Positions 18,108 to 27,214 of a DNA stretch of 64,000 bases are shown here, piece after piece. The DNA comes from a bacterium (GTDB lineage Bacteria; Patescibacteriota; Minisyncoccia; Phycocordibacterales; Zambryskibacteraceae): assembly GCA_030649135.1 (NCBI GenBank), contig JAUSGI010000006.1, positions 32,001 through 96,000 on the forward strand, given 5' to 3'. The notes beneath the pieces were generated by a model. The model did not search any database. It saw only the letters and a list, made by a program, of their open reading frames with translations, and was not told the origin of the DNA. Both the position numbers and the translations under genes were made by a program. How positions within the stretch are numbered: the stretch's first letter is position 1; each line of letters opens with the position of its first letter.

Positions 18108-18800
18108 TTGGGATATAATGGGAGCATGATCGATCAGATTAAAAAATGGAACCAAAGTCATACTGAAATTCCTAAAGATAAAAGTGTTTCTCAATATGCT
18201 ATTGAAAGAGAGAAAGATTTTACAAGAAACTCATTTGTCTGTGAATTGGGAGGAGGAACGGGAGCTGATGCCATTTATTTTTTGCAACATGAGCATAAAG
18301 TGGCTTTAGTTGATATTTCAGACTATGCCTTAAAAATAGCTTTGGAAAAAGCAGAACAACTAAGTTTAAAGTTGGAAACTCACAGGGTAACCTTAGGAAA
18401 AGATGCAATACCGTTAGAAGATGAGAGTATAGATGTCGTTTATTCTAGACTCGCCCTGCACTATTTTGATTGGCAAACTACAGTCAACATTTTTAAAGAA
18501 ATTTATCGCATAATGAAAAACGGAGGAAGAGCTTACATTACGGTCAAATCCCCCGATGATTATGAAGAAATGAGTTTTCTAAGACAAACAGCGGTAGAAA
18601 AAGATAAAGGTATTTTTATGGATAAAGGCGATATCAAGAGTAGGTTTACAATAGAACAACTCGAAGCAATTTTAAGAGAAGCAGAAATACGCTCATTTGA
18701 GGTCAAGTCTTACTCTGAAAATTTCGGTACCAGGGTGGATAAAGTTAAATCTGGTAATACCCAGACGATTCTCAATGAGATACAAATTTCAAAAGTTTGA
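18108..18800 (+). CDS. Class I SAM-dependent methyltransferase
   Basis: Motif I VCELGGGTGADAIYF and post-I acidic LVDISD. GGAG 4 nt upstream of ATG. Confidence 0.7.
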   Translation: MGYNGSMIDQIKKWNQSHTEIPKDKSVSQYAIEREKDFTRNSFVCELGGGTGADAIYFLQHEHKVALVDISDYALKIALEKAEQLSLKLETHRVTLGKDAIPLEDESIDVVYSRLALHYFDWQTTVNIFKEIYRIMKNGGRAYITVKSPDDYEEMSFLRQTAVEKDKGIFMDKGDIKSRFTIEQLEAILREAEIRSFEVKSYSENFGTRVDKVKSGNTQTILNEIQISKV

Positions 18801-18954
18801 CTATAAAGAGAATTTTATGGTCGCGGAGCCAAGTATTGACTTTGGTATCCGATTGTGATTGAATGTTTGAAGAAAGCACGGGGGACCCGATTTCGTCGTG
18901 ATGTTTCTGCTTCAAAGTGTACGCATTTAGAGGCGCTAAGGAGGGAAACTGCTC

Positions 18955-19203
18955 GTGACGAACAATAGACCGAACGACATACACTGGGGTGCGTATCCGA
19001 AGGACGCTGTGCAGTGCGACGGCTGCGGTGGCCATGGATGTGACGTCTGCGGCAACAGGGGCTGGTTGCCTGCTGGCCACCCTCAAGGAAGGCGATGCCG
19101 ACGGGAAGGATGCAGGGAGCCGATTGCGCCGCCGCATTTCGGTGTCTACTGCACTCAAACATGCGCCTTCTTAGACAAGTCACGGACTCAGGACAGAATG
19201 TGA
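18955..19203 (+). CDS. Small Cys-rich zinc-ribbon-like protein (82 aa) in GC-rich island 1
   Basis: GTG start with AAGGAGGG 8 nt upstream. Cys pairs CDGCGGHGCDVCGNRGW..CRREGC..YCTQTC. About 60% GC. Followed by a strong terminator. Confidence 0.55.
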   Translation: MTNNRPNDIHWGAYPKDAVQCDGCGGHGCDVCGNRGWLPAGHPQGRRCRREGCREPIAPPHFGVYCTQTCAFLDKSRTQDRM

Positions 19204-19211
19204 CCGCCACC

Positions 19212-19267
19212 GCCGCGGGACGCGAGAAAAACCTCTCGTCCCGCGGCAGAGGGGCGGCTTTTCTTTT
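19212..19267 (+). terminator. Intrinsic terminator (GC stem about 13 bp plus UUUUCUUUUU)
   Basis: GCCGCGGGACGCGAG...CUCGUCCCGCGGC followed by a T-run at 19257-19267. Confidence 0.6.
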
Positions 19268-19509
19268 TATACATAGATTCGAACATCCTCAACCCAGCCA
19301 AGTGGTATGAACGACAAAAAAGCTATTGAAATATTAATGGGGATAGACCACAGGTATAAATTAAGCGACAAAGAAAAAGATGCTATTTCTTCAGCCATTG
19401 GCATGCTCAGCTAGTCTTCACTGACTCAAAGCAGACTAGAATCCAAGAAAAGAAAGCGAGACTAAGAATCACTCAGGTGGTGCCAAGCTATTGAACCTAT
19501 ACGTAACTA

Positions 19510-19538
19510 TTGACAGAATATATTATATATGCTAGACT
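19510..19538 (+). promoter_or_regulatory. Sigma70-like promoter TTGACA-17-TAGACT upstream of 19601..20068
   Basis: Perfect -35 TTGACA at 19510-19515, 17-nt AT-rich spacer, -10 TAGACT at 19533-19538. Confidence 0.45.
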
Positions 19539-19600
19539 AGATAAGTAGCCAAATTCCACGCTAATTTCAAGACCACTTGGGATAGCTAAGGAGAAGAGAG

Positions 19601-20068
19601 ATGGCACAGCTCTTTGTAGTTGATCAGAACGGGCACGTGCTCAATAACAACGTAGCCAGCATCATCAACCTCCGGGCGCTCGGTAAGAACATCGATGCCG
19701 AGAAGAACGGATGGGTGTACACGTGGCAGGAGGTATTCACCAGCGGGACGTACAACCTGCCGAAACCAATCTGCCCCGAGGTTCTCACTTTCGGCACGGC
19801 GCGGGCCTACCTCCACGCAAGCAATGGAATCGGAGGACTGCGGGTCACGGCCCGCATCGAGTGTACGGACCCTGCGGTGCTGGAGAAGGCAATCGAAATC
19901 GTGGTCAAGTACGTCGGTGGAAAGGTCAGCACGTTTGACCTCAACCAGCCGGCGCAGCCGAACTCCTTTGTCGATGGAGTTCGGAATGACCTCAAGCGTC
20001 TCTGGCACTGGGTTCGGTACAACGCCCTGCTCATGAGACGGCGCATCCTGCTCCGCCTCAGCATCTAA
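19601..20068 (+). CDS. Hypothetical protein (155 aa) in GC-rich island 1
   Basis: AAGGAG RBS 7 nt upstream. About 58% GC versus about 38-45% in flanking DNA. No recognised domain. Confidence 0.55.
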   Translation: MAQLFVVDQNGHVLNNNVASIINLRALGKNIDAEKNGWVYTWQEVFTSGTYNLPKPICPEVLTFGTARAYLHASNGIGGLRVTARIECTDPAVLEKAIEIVVKYVGGKVSTFDLNQPAQPNSFVDGVRNDLKRLWHWVRYNALLMRRRILLRLSI

Positions 20069-20124
20069 TCTGGAACAACAAGTAGTATCCGGCTCCACAA
20101 ACGATTGGCTCTATACAGCCCGCC

Positions 20125-20820
20125 GTGTGTGGAGCCTTTCGTTTTCATTTTTATACAAATTATTTTTCTACTTCTGATATACTTTCTGCCATGGAACATC
20201 TGACCAATCTGTTCAAGCTTATGGAGTTAACCAGGTCTCAACCACAGTATGGCTATGCTTTGGCTGGCATTCAACAAGACGAATTAAGTAACCTTGCGGA
20301 GCACCACTACTTAGTCACTTTTATAGCGTGGCAACTAGCTTCGCAGGTCAAGAAAGCCGGTGCCAAGATTGATATACGGAAAGTCTTGGAATTTGGACTC
20401 ATTCACGACCTTGGAGAATTATTTGGGGGCGACATATCGATGCCATATGCTCGCGCCAATCCAAAGGCAAGAGAATACGCCAAAGCATTCGAAGAAGAGA
20501 ATCAGAAATTCTTATCAAAATTTTTCGGCAATCAGTCCGAATACTTTAAGGAACTTGGGCATGAGATATTGGACGCAAAATCTGATGAATCTCTCATTGC
20601 CAAGATAGCCGATTATATCGAAGCAACTCACTATAAGCAGTACGTAAAAGTATTCTCCAAATTCGATACAGATTTAATAAAACCAAAACTTGCGTCAATG
20701 GTCGAGAAAATGACCGACCCCATCGCCAAGAAAGAGTTGGGTAAATTTATCAATGACTGGACCAGCGATATTACAAAGAAAGAAATTCCCGAAATTCTGT
20801 ATGAAAATACCGAGAAGTAG
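20125..20820 (+). CDS. HD-domain phosphohydrolase, YfbR-like 5'-deoxynucleotidase family
   Basis: Motifs AEHHYLVTFIAWQLA and LIHDLGELFGGDISMP. Probable start at Met 20191 (MEHLTNL), 8 nt after a TATACT -10, so possibly leaderless. Confidence 0.7.
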   Translation: MCGAFRFHFYTNYFSTSDILSAMEHLTNLFKLMELTRSQPQYGYALAGIQQDELSNLAEHHYLVTFIAWQLASQVKKAGAKIDIRKVLEFGLIHDLGELFGGDISMPYARANPKAREYAKAFEEENQKFLSKFFGNQSEYFKELGHEILDAKSDESLIAKIADYIEATHYKQYVKVFSKFDTDLIKPKLASMVEKMTDPIAKKELGKFINDWTSDITKKEIPEILYENTEK

Positions 20821-21007
20821 CAATAAACAATGTGGTTGAATCGAGGTAGAGATCCCAGCATTGCCGTGCGCAGCCCTTATGCTTACGGTTTTGTAAAAAG
20901 CATATTTTTTTTCATATAATTCGACCCCCCTAAATCGATGACGGTCAATCTGTTTATAAGTAGATTTACCCAAAAAAGATAGTGGTGTATACTGAAATTG
21001 AACAATT

Positions 21008-21742
21008 ATGATTTCGTCTATTAACTGGAGCGTAGAAAATTTCTTTGGTCTTTTCGCCCTTACCATGGGCTTACTTTGTAGTATCTACTTTTTCTATGAA
21101 TGGGTCAGGCATTACAGAAAACAAAATTACCTCCTCTTGTGGTCCATTAGCTTAGCGCTTTTTTATGTATTTCTGATTCCGTTCATTCAAATAAAATTTA
21201 GCGAGATAATTATTCTTACTGATTGGACAAATTTTTTCATTCCAACAGTTCCCTTTATATTTTTGGGCTGGGTACTTATCTATTGGACCATAACTCAAAT
21301 AAAATCGTCCGTAACGGATAGAAAATCAGCCAGACTTAAGGTATTTCTTTTGTTTTGGGTCCTTGCATCTTTTATTTTTTATTTTTTCAGATTTTCTTCA
21401 ACAGAAAACGGGAAGTTATTGTCAATTATCGGTCTTTTAATTTTCTTTATCACTATACATGTTTTCATTCTCTCAGCGTTATGGAAGTTATTTAAAACGG
21501 AACGTTGGCAAAAAAACATGCGGGTAAATGCTGGCATTATTTTTATAGCGAGCGCAATTATTATTTCTATCGTAAGATATCTGTTTCTTCTTAACAGCCT
21601 TATGAGACTTCCCGGAGATTTTTGGTTTTTGTCGATAGCATCGTTTGATTTCGTATTTATTTTAAGAAGTGTGGTTGTTATTCTATTAACTATTGGCTTT
21701 GTCCTGATACATAAGCACTATCTTCTCAAGTCTAGGATATAA
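21008..21742 (+). CDS. Hypothetical polytopic membrane protein (244 aa, ~7 TM)
   Basis: Multiple hydrophobic helices. AT-rich, no SD. Confidence 0.55.
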   Translation: MISSINWSVENFFGLFALTMGLLCSIYFFYEWVRHYRKQNYLLLWSISLALFYVFLIPFIQIKFSEIIILTDWTNFFIPTVPFIFLGWVLIYWTITQIKSSVTDRKSARLKVFLLFWVLASFIFYFFRFSSTENGKLLSIIGLLIFFITIHVFILSALWKLFKTERWQKNMRVNAGIIFIASAIIISIVRYLFLLNSLMRLPGDFWFLSIASFDFVFILRSVVVILLTIGFVLIHKHYLLKSRI

Positions 21743-21794
21743 ATATACTCCTTTTGTTTCTGTGTAATGGTTCTAACATCACTCACGGTGCGAA

Positions 21795-22022
21795 TTGGCT
21801 TTCAAACAACGTCTCAGGGAGAACTTGAGGGACAAATTAGATGGAGACGAGGGTATGTATGAGCGTGAAACTGTAGTAAAAGATTTCGATGCTACTCGCG
21901 AGATACTTCTTAAAATTGGACCGATTGAAAATCAGATTTATCGTCTGAAAGGACTGGACGACAGAAATTACACTAAACTTACCTTCTCCGAACAAATAAA
22001 GCGCGCAGAAAACAAATTTTAA
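21795..22022 (+). CDS. Hypothetical small protein (75 aa)
   Basis: Charged, helical-looking ORF. Confidence 0.35.
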   Translation: MAFKQRLRENLRDKLDGDEGMYERETVVKDFDATREILLKIGPIENQIYRLKGLDDRNYTKLTFSEQIKRAENKF

Positions 22023-22048
22023 TACAAAACAGTTGGCGGAATAGAAAA

Positions 22049-22076
22049 GGAAGTCGTAGAGTCACCTACGACTTCC
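22049..22076. terminator. Bidirectional hairpin GGAAGUCGUA-(8 nt loop)-UACGACUUCC flanked by A/T runs
   Basis: 10-bp perfect stem. Sits between convergent genes at the border of GC-rich island 2. Confidence 0.5.
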
Positions 22077-22098
22077 AAAAACAATGTCGGGCACATCA

Positions 22099-22284
22099 CT
22101 ACACTCTCGGGAGCCACCCGAGGAGGGATTGCAAACTCCATCCCATGTGAAAACTCACGAGCGAAATCGCTATCACGATGATTACGAAGACGATGGTCCA
22201 GTCATAACTGTAGCTAGGCTTAGGCGTCGCCTTCGGTCTCTCGACAATCCAGAGTAAGTTATGAAGGTCATCCCTCTTTCGCAT
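22099..22284 (-). CDS. Small 1-TM protein (~61 aa); track ORF 22099..22353 trimmed to the internal Met
   Basis: AGGAGA RBS 6 nt upstream of the ATG at 22284. TM helix WTIVFVIIVIAISLVSF. Confidence 0.3.
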   Translation of the reverse strand: MRKRDDLHNLLWIVERPKATPKPSYSYDWTIVFVIIVIAISLVSFHMGWSLQSLLGWLPRV

Positions 22285-22303
22285 TTGCTTTCTCCTACCG
22301 TGC

Positions 22304-22573
22304 CTAGCGCTTGGCACATCTGGTTGTGAGAACAATCGCAGTGCCATCCCCATTGATGACAGCGGAGGAAGTAACTTGCTTGCATCCGGCGGTGATGTAG
22401 AGAGTCATTTCTTGTTCATTCAGCACCCTCTTAAAGTCTCTGGGCGCGAGATTCTCCGAAGTGCTGACCTTCCGGCTGATGACTTGCACCTCCTCTAGAG
22501 GGGGAGCATTAGCGCCTACAAATGACCATGCAGACATCACCAGCAACACCGCCACTAGCACCTCTACCATCAC
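22304..22573 (-). CDS. Small secreted protein (89 aa) in GC-rich island 2
   Basis: Signal peptide MMVEVLVAVLLVMSAWSFVGANA. AAGGAGGG RBS immediately upstream. Confidence 0.5.
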   Translation of the reverse strand: MMVEVLVAVLLVMSAWSFVGANAPPLEEVQVISRKVSTSENLAPRDFKRVLNEQEMTLYITAGCKQVTSSAVINGDGTAIVLTTRCAKR

Positions 22574-22821
22574 GCCCTCCTTCGTTCTCTGCGTTTTGTT
22601 CGGTACGGAGAATTACGATTGAGAACGGCGCACCACGCAGCGCCGTCCTTTCCCGCTTCTACATTTCCTGCGAGAAACACATGACCCCCAACGAGAATGT
22701 CTTCCGAACCTACGTCATCGACGGGATGTTTATCACATCGCCTCGGACTCATCGTACGCGGATCGAAGTCATCGCCCAGACATACGGGGCACACTTCAGC
22801 AACCCCTGCCATGTCTACCAT
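22570..22821 (-). CDS. Small Cys-containing protein with basic tail (~83 aa); C-terminal part of track ORF 22570..23031
   Basis: ATG 1 nt after the stop of the upstream 88-aa gene (TGACATG). Segments CPVCLGDD..C..H and the tail YRTKRRERRRA. The longer 153-aa reading conflicts with the well-supported 88-aa gene. Confidence 0.3.
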   Translation of the reverse strand: MVDMAGVAEVCPVCLGDDFDPRTMSPRRCDKHPVDDVGSEDILVGGHVFLAGNVEAGKDGAAWCAVLNRNSPYRTKRRERRRA

Positions 22822-22822
22822 G

Positions 22823-23089
22823 TCAGACCTCCATTGTCTCGAGAAGTGTGCTTCTATCCAACTCCTGACGATTAGCACAACGGCAGACCTTCTCACTTCC
22901 CGGTACCTTAAACTGCAACCACAAAGTGCTGTTGTACCAAACCCTGATCTCGTACCAGACGTACCAGCAGTGATACGGGACTCCATCTTCAGTAAAATGG
23001 TACAGTTCATCTTCCATCTTGCACCATCCATTTCTTGTATCGAAGAGCTCTCCTACCTTCATTGTACCCCTCATACAACCATCTTTCAC
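22823..23089 (-). CDS. Hypothetical W/Y-rich small protein (88 aa) in GC-rich island 2
   Basis: GTG start with AAGGAGGG 9 nt upstream. Confidence 0.45.
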   Translation of the reverse strand: MKDGCMRGTMKVGELFDTRNGWCKMEDELYHFTEDGVPYHCWYVWYEIRVWYNSTLWLQFKVPGSEKVCRCANRQELDRSTLLETMEV

Positions 23090-23190
23090 TTTTGTTATCC
23101 CCTCCTTAGTACGCCCCCATTTTACGATATAATTATAGGCAGAAACGATCTTAGTTCTAAATAAAATCGTCGGAGAGAGGGAGGGTTACC

Positions 23191-23934
23191 ATGTACTATC
23201 AGCTTCTCTTGGTGTTCGGTGTCGCAATGCTCTTGTCACAAGTGGCCGTGCTCGCGACGACCATCCAACTGCATCGTGCCGCAACACATGCAACGCTTGG
23301 AGGGCTCGTCCTCGATCCGAAGGTTGCATGGGCATGCAATCTCATCCTGTGGATTACCACTGGTCAGAGGAGGAGGCAGTGGGTGGCCGTGCACCGCAAG
23401 CACCACGTCTTCACAGACAAGGTGGGTGACCCGCACAGCCCACGCGTGCTCGGCTTCTGGCATGTCCAACTCGGCAACGTCTTTTACTATGTGTGGGCGC
23501 TGAGGGAGAAAGATATCCTGGACAAGTACGCTCCCGATATCCAGGAAGACAAGTGGGACCGGTGGCTCTTCAACCACGGCAAGCTTGGTCTCCTGCTAGG
23601 AACGGTAGCACTCTGCTCGCTCATGGGCATGTGGTGGGGACTGCTCACGGCACTAATTCATGCCGTGACATACATCTTCGTCATCGCCTCCTCCATCAAC
23701 GGCCTGTGCCACACCTACGGCTACAGGAACTTCGATAACACAGCGACTAATCTGCGTCTCCTCGCGTGGATCACCGGAGGCGAAGGGTTGCACAACAACC
23801 ATCACGAATACCCAACTCGTGCGAAGTTCAGTTTCTTCCCGGGCGAGTGGGACCCAGGGTGGTCGATCATCAAGCTTTTGATCAGAGTCAACCTGGCCAC
23901 CATGAAGAAGACCCTTTGGACAGTCCCGAGGTAA
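23191..23934 (+). CDS. Acyl-CoA/acyl-lipid delta-9-type fatty acid desaturase
   Basis: Histidine boxes VHRKHHVFTDKVGDPHSP and GEGLHNNHHEYP, with TM segments. GAGGGAGGG RBS. About 60% GC. Confidence 0.8.
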   Translation: MYYQLLLVFGVAMLLSQVAVLATTIQLHRAATHATLGGLVLDPKVAWACNLILWITTGQRRRQWVAVHRKHHVFTDKVGDPHSPRVLGFWHVQLGNVFYYVWALREKDILDKYAPDIQEDKWDRWLFNHGKLGLLLGTVALCSLMGMWWGLLTALIHAVTYIFVIASSINGLCHTYGYRNFDNTATNLRLLAWITGGEGLHNNHHEYPTRAKFSFFPGEWDPGWSIIKLLIRVNLATMKKTLWTVPR

Positions 23935-23967
23935 GGATAACGGAAGGGCAAAACCTTCCTTCGACCC

Positions 23968-23999
23968 AACCCTGGGCGCATAGCGCCCAGGGTTGTTTT
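23968..23999 (+). terminator. Intrinsic terminator (12-bp stem AACCCUGGGCGC/GCGCCCAGGGUU plus GUUUU)
   Basis: Perfect hairpin directly after the desaturase stop. Confidence 0.55.
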
Positions 24000-24085
24000 C
24001 ATTCACCACCAAGAGTTGTGCACATTCTGTCAACAGGATATCCACCAACTTATTCTGATGACATTGTTGTGTTAGAATCACTCAC

Positions 24086-24631
24086 ATGAAGAAAGTGGTA
24101 GTCATCTTGGTTATCATCGGGGCGGTTGCACTTATATACACCATGCGCAATGGTTCTGCCACAACAAGTAACGTTCCGACAGTAAGCGATAAGGGTATCT
24201 TCCGTCCCGACCCGTCGGGCGCCACTTTCACCTTCGACGACGAATCGGTTACTCTGTCGGCAGGACGAAATGAAACAACCATTACCCCGGGAAGTGCGCT
24301 AGTAGAAGAAACAGCCTTGTTGGACCAATTTGCCTACGGGGATATCAATGCGGACGGCAAAGAGGACACCGTCCTACTTTTGGCCCGTTATGGTGGCGGT
24401 TCAGGAACATTTATATATTTGGCGGCCTTTGTTTCCGGGCCAGTCACTTACCGCGGGTCGGAGGCCACTTTTATCGGAGATCGAGTGTCTCCCCAATCTC
24501 TTTCTATAAATAAAGGCGTTGTGACCATACAATATTTAGACCGTAAAGCGGATGAATCTTTTGCTGCCGAGCCGACCGTGCCGGTATCAAAGCAATTTGT
24601 TTACAAAGCCGGAGGATTTGAAGAAAGATAG
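24086..24631 (+). CDS. Hypothetical membrane-anchored/secreted protein (181 aa)
   Basis: N-terminal hydrophobic helix VVVILVIIGAVALIY. Confidence 0.55.
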   Translation: MKKVVVILVIIGAVALIYTMRNGSATTSNVPTVSDKGIFRPDPSGATFTFDDESVTLSAGRNETTITPGSALVEETALLDQFAYGDINADGKEDTVLLLARYGGGSGTFIYLAAFVSGPVTYRGSEATFIGDRVSPQSLSINKGVVTIQYLDRKADESFAAEPTVPVSKQFVYKAGGFEER

Positions 24632-24654
24632 AAAATGTGTTTTAATAGCCACTT

Positions 24655-26442
24655 ATGGAAATAAGGAATATAGCTATTATCGCGCACGTCGACCACGGTA
24701 AAACCACTCTTACCGACGCTTTGATGCGAGAGACGGGAATGACGGGGGAGGGGGTAACGATGGACTCAAACGCTCTAGAACTGGAACGTGGTATTACCAT
24801 TTATGCCAAAAATACCTCCATTTTTTACAAAGATACGAAGATAAATATTGTCGATACTCCCGGCCACTCTGACTTCGGCTCGGAAGTGGAACGCGTCTTG
24901 CGCTCCATAGATACAGTCCTTCTGGTTGTAGACGCGCAGGAGGGACCGATGCCTCAAACTCGTTTCGTTCTGAAGAAGTCACTCGAGCTCGGTTTGAAAC
25001 CAATCGTAGTGATAAATAAAATTGATAAGCCGGCGGCCCGGCCGGAAGTGGCACATGAATTGGTGCTTGAACTCTTCCTGGAGCTGGGTGCCAACAATGA
25101 GCAGATTGAATTCCCCACCGTTTTCGCTATCGGTAGAGAAGGTGTTGCAAAGAAAAAGTTGACCGACGAATCAAAAGACCTAACCCCCCTACTCGATACT
25201 ATTCTCGAACACGTGCCGCCCGCCGAGCAGAAACTTGATGCACCTGCCCGTTTACAACCCTTTAACCTCGCTTACGATAATTTCCTCGGGCGTCTTGCTA
25301 TCGCACGTATTTACGAAGGCACGTTGAAAAACGGCCAAAAAGTTTTTGTGAAAAAGCCGGATGGAGAAACTTACGCGGGAAAGATAAGCAAACTCTACAC
25401 TTTCGAAGGCCTGAAAAGGAAAGAAGTTGCTGAAGCCGTGGCTGGAGATATTTGTATGCTCGCAGGACTGCCACAAATTTATATCGGTGACACTATCACG
25501 GCAAGCGAGGATACTCCGGCTCTGCCGGCTATTTCGGTCGATGAACCAACTATTTCTCTTAATCTTGTGGTAAACGATTCCCCTTTCGCCGGTCGTGTCG
25601 GTAAATTCGTCACCGGTCGCCAGATCCGTGAGCGCCTTGAACGCGAACTGGAAGTTAACGTTGGACTCAAGATAGATTTTTCCTCCAGTGAATTCATGAC
25701 CGTCTACGGTCGGGGCGAACTTCATCTTGCTATCCTTCTTGAGAATATGCGCCGCGAAGGATTCGAACTCCAAGTTTCGCAGCCGCATGTTTTGGAAAAA
25801 ACAGAAAACGGCAACAGACTTGAACCCTTCGAAGAGGTGCTGATAGATGTGCCGGAACAAATGTCGAGTGCTGTTATCTCCAAGCTAACGGAGCGACGCG
25901 CCAGTCTTATGGATATGAAGACGGAAAATGGACAGACTCGTATTACCTTTGAGGCGCCTACCCGCGGACTATTGGGGTATCGTAATCAATTTATTATTGA
26001 TACTAAAGGTTTGGGCATTCTTTCCTCTCGCTTTACCGCGTTTAAACCATATGCCGGAGAGATGAAACATGAGAAGGGTGGCTCAATGATATCTATGGAG
26101 AACGGCAAAGCGCTCGCTTTCTCGCTCGATAATCTACAAGACAGAGGGGTATTATATATCAAGCCAGCGGAGGAGGTATATGAAGGACAGGTTATCGGTA
26201 ATACCTCAAAGGGTGAAGACCTTTATGTTAATCCAACTAAAGGTAAACAGCTCACCAACATGCGCGCTTCTGGTTCTGACGAAGGTATTTATCTGACCCC
26301 CGCTTACAAACTTGATATAGAACGAGCCATGGAGATTATGGGTGACGATGAATATATAGAAATTACTCCGGATGATGTCCGTCTCCGAAAAATCCTTCTG
26401 ACACAACAGGCACGTTCAAAGGCTCAAAGAAAGACTGTATAA
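24655..26442 (+). CDS. typA: Translational GTPase TypA/BipA
   Basis: 595 aa. N-terminal motif [22 protein letters not shown] (G1) plus DTPGHSDF and NKIDKP. Length and architecture fit BipA. Confidence 0.9.
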   Translation: MEIRNIAIIAHVDHGKTTLTDALMRETGMTGEGVTMDSNALELERGITIYAKNTSIFYKDTKINIVDTPGHSDFGSEVERVLRSIDTVLLVVDAQEGPMPQTRFVLKKSLELGLKPIVVINKIDKPAARPEVAHELVLELFLELGANNEQIEFPTVFAIGREGVAKKKLTDESKDLTPLLDTILEHVPPAEQKLDAPARLQPFNLAYDNFLGRLAIARIYEGTLKNGQKVFVKKPDGETYAGKISKLYTFEGLKRKEVAEAVAGDICMLAGLPQIYIGDTITASEDTPALPAISVDEPTISLNLVVNDSPFAGRVGKFVTGRQIRERLERELEVNVGLKIDFSSSEFMTVYGRGELHLAILLENMRREGFELQVSQPHVLEKTENGNRLEPFEEVLIDVPEQMSSAVISKLTERRASLMDMKTENGQTRITFEAPTRGLLGYRNQFIIDTKGLGILSSRFTAFKPYAGEMKHEKGGSMISMENGKALAFSLDNLQDRGVLYIKPAEEVYEGQVIGNTSKGEDLYVNPTKGKQLTNMRASGSDEGIYLTPAYKLDIERAMEIMGDDEYIEITPDDVRLRKILLTQQARSKAQRKTV

Positions 26443-26449
26443 TATCCCT

Positions 26450-27214
26450 ATGGCAAAACTTGATACGGGACCCTACAAAGGCGTCAGGGATTTTTATCCC
26501 GAAGATATGGCTATCGAGAACCATATCTTCAAAACTTGGCGAGAAGTCGTCGAGAAAGCAGGATACCAAGAATATAGCGCTTCTATCCTTGAACCTACCG
26601 AAATTTATACCGAGAAATCGGGCGTAGAGATAATCAATGAACAGACCTTCACTTTCACGGATAGAGGCGACCGGTCAGTTACTTTACGTCCAGAGATGAC
26701 CCCTACTCTTGCACGCATGATTGCCGCGCGTCGTAGAAATTTGAAATTTCCCCTACGTTGGTACTCGATTCCCAACCTCTTTCGTTACGAACGTCCCCAG
26801 CGCGGCAGAAAGCGCGAACATTGGCAATTAAATTGCGACCTCTTGGGTATCACCGGCATTGAGGCAGATATAGAAATTATCTCCCTTGCTTATAAAATTA
26901 TGAAAGAATTTGGAGCCAAGGATGAAAATTTTGAAATCAGAATCAATAATTCCAATACAGACGACTTGAAAGAAATCGGGCCAAACATAGTCTACGACCC
27001 TACTTTGGCCAGAGGACAAACTTACTACACAGGAATAGTCTTTGAAATCTTTGATACTAACAAAGAAAACGGGCGTTCTATAGCCGGTGGCGGTCGATAT
27101 GACAACCTCCTGGAAATATTTGAGGTAGATCCTATACCGGCAGTTGGTTTCGGTATGGGCGATATAACCATTAACGACTTCCTCGAGACACATAAGTTAG
27201 GTCCTTATGCGTAA
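26450..27214 (+). CDS. hisS: Histidyl-tRNA synthetase catalytic domain only (no anticodon-binding domain), HisRS/HisZ-like
   Basis: 254 aa. Class II motifs include motif 2 FRYERPQRGRKREHWQLNCDLLG and motif 3 GGGRYDNLL. ORF ends right after AVGFGMGD, where the anticodon-binding domain normally begins. Confidence 0.75.
   Translation: MAKLDTGPYKGVRDFYPEDMAIENHIFKTWREVVEKAGYQEYSASILEPTEIYTEKSGVEIINEQTFTFTDRGDRSVTLRPEMTPTLARMIAARRRNLKFPLRWYSIPNLFRYERPQRGRKREHWQLNCDLLGITGIEADIEIISLAYKIMKEFGAKDENFEIRINNSNTDDLKEIGPNIVYDPTLARGQTYYTGIVFEIFDTNKENGRSIAGGGRYDNLLEIFEVDPIPAVGFGMGDITINDFLETHKLGPYA

Noticed and set aside
22570-23031. 153-aa track ORF as a single gene
   Set aside because: It overlaps, out of frame, the 88-aa gene that has a strong SD (AAGGAGGG-9-GTG). 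Its upstream two-thirds are Arg/Gly-rich read-through typical of GC-rich DNA. Only the last 83 codons, starting 1 nt after the upstream stop, are kept as a low-confidence gene.
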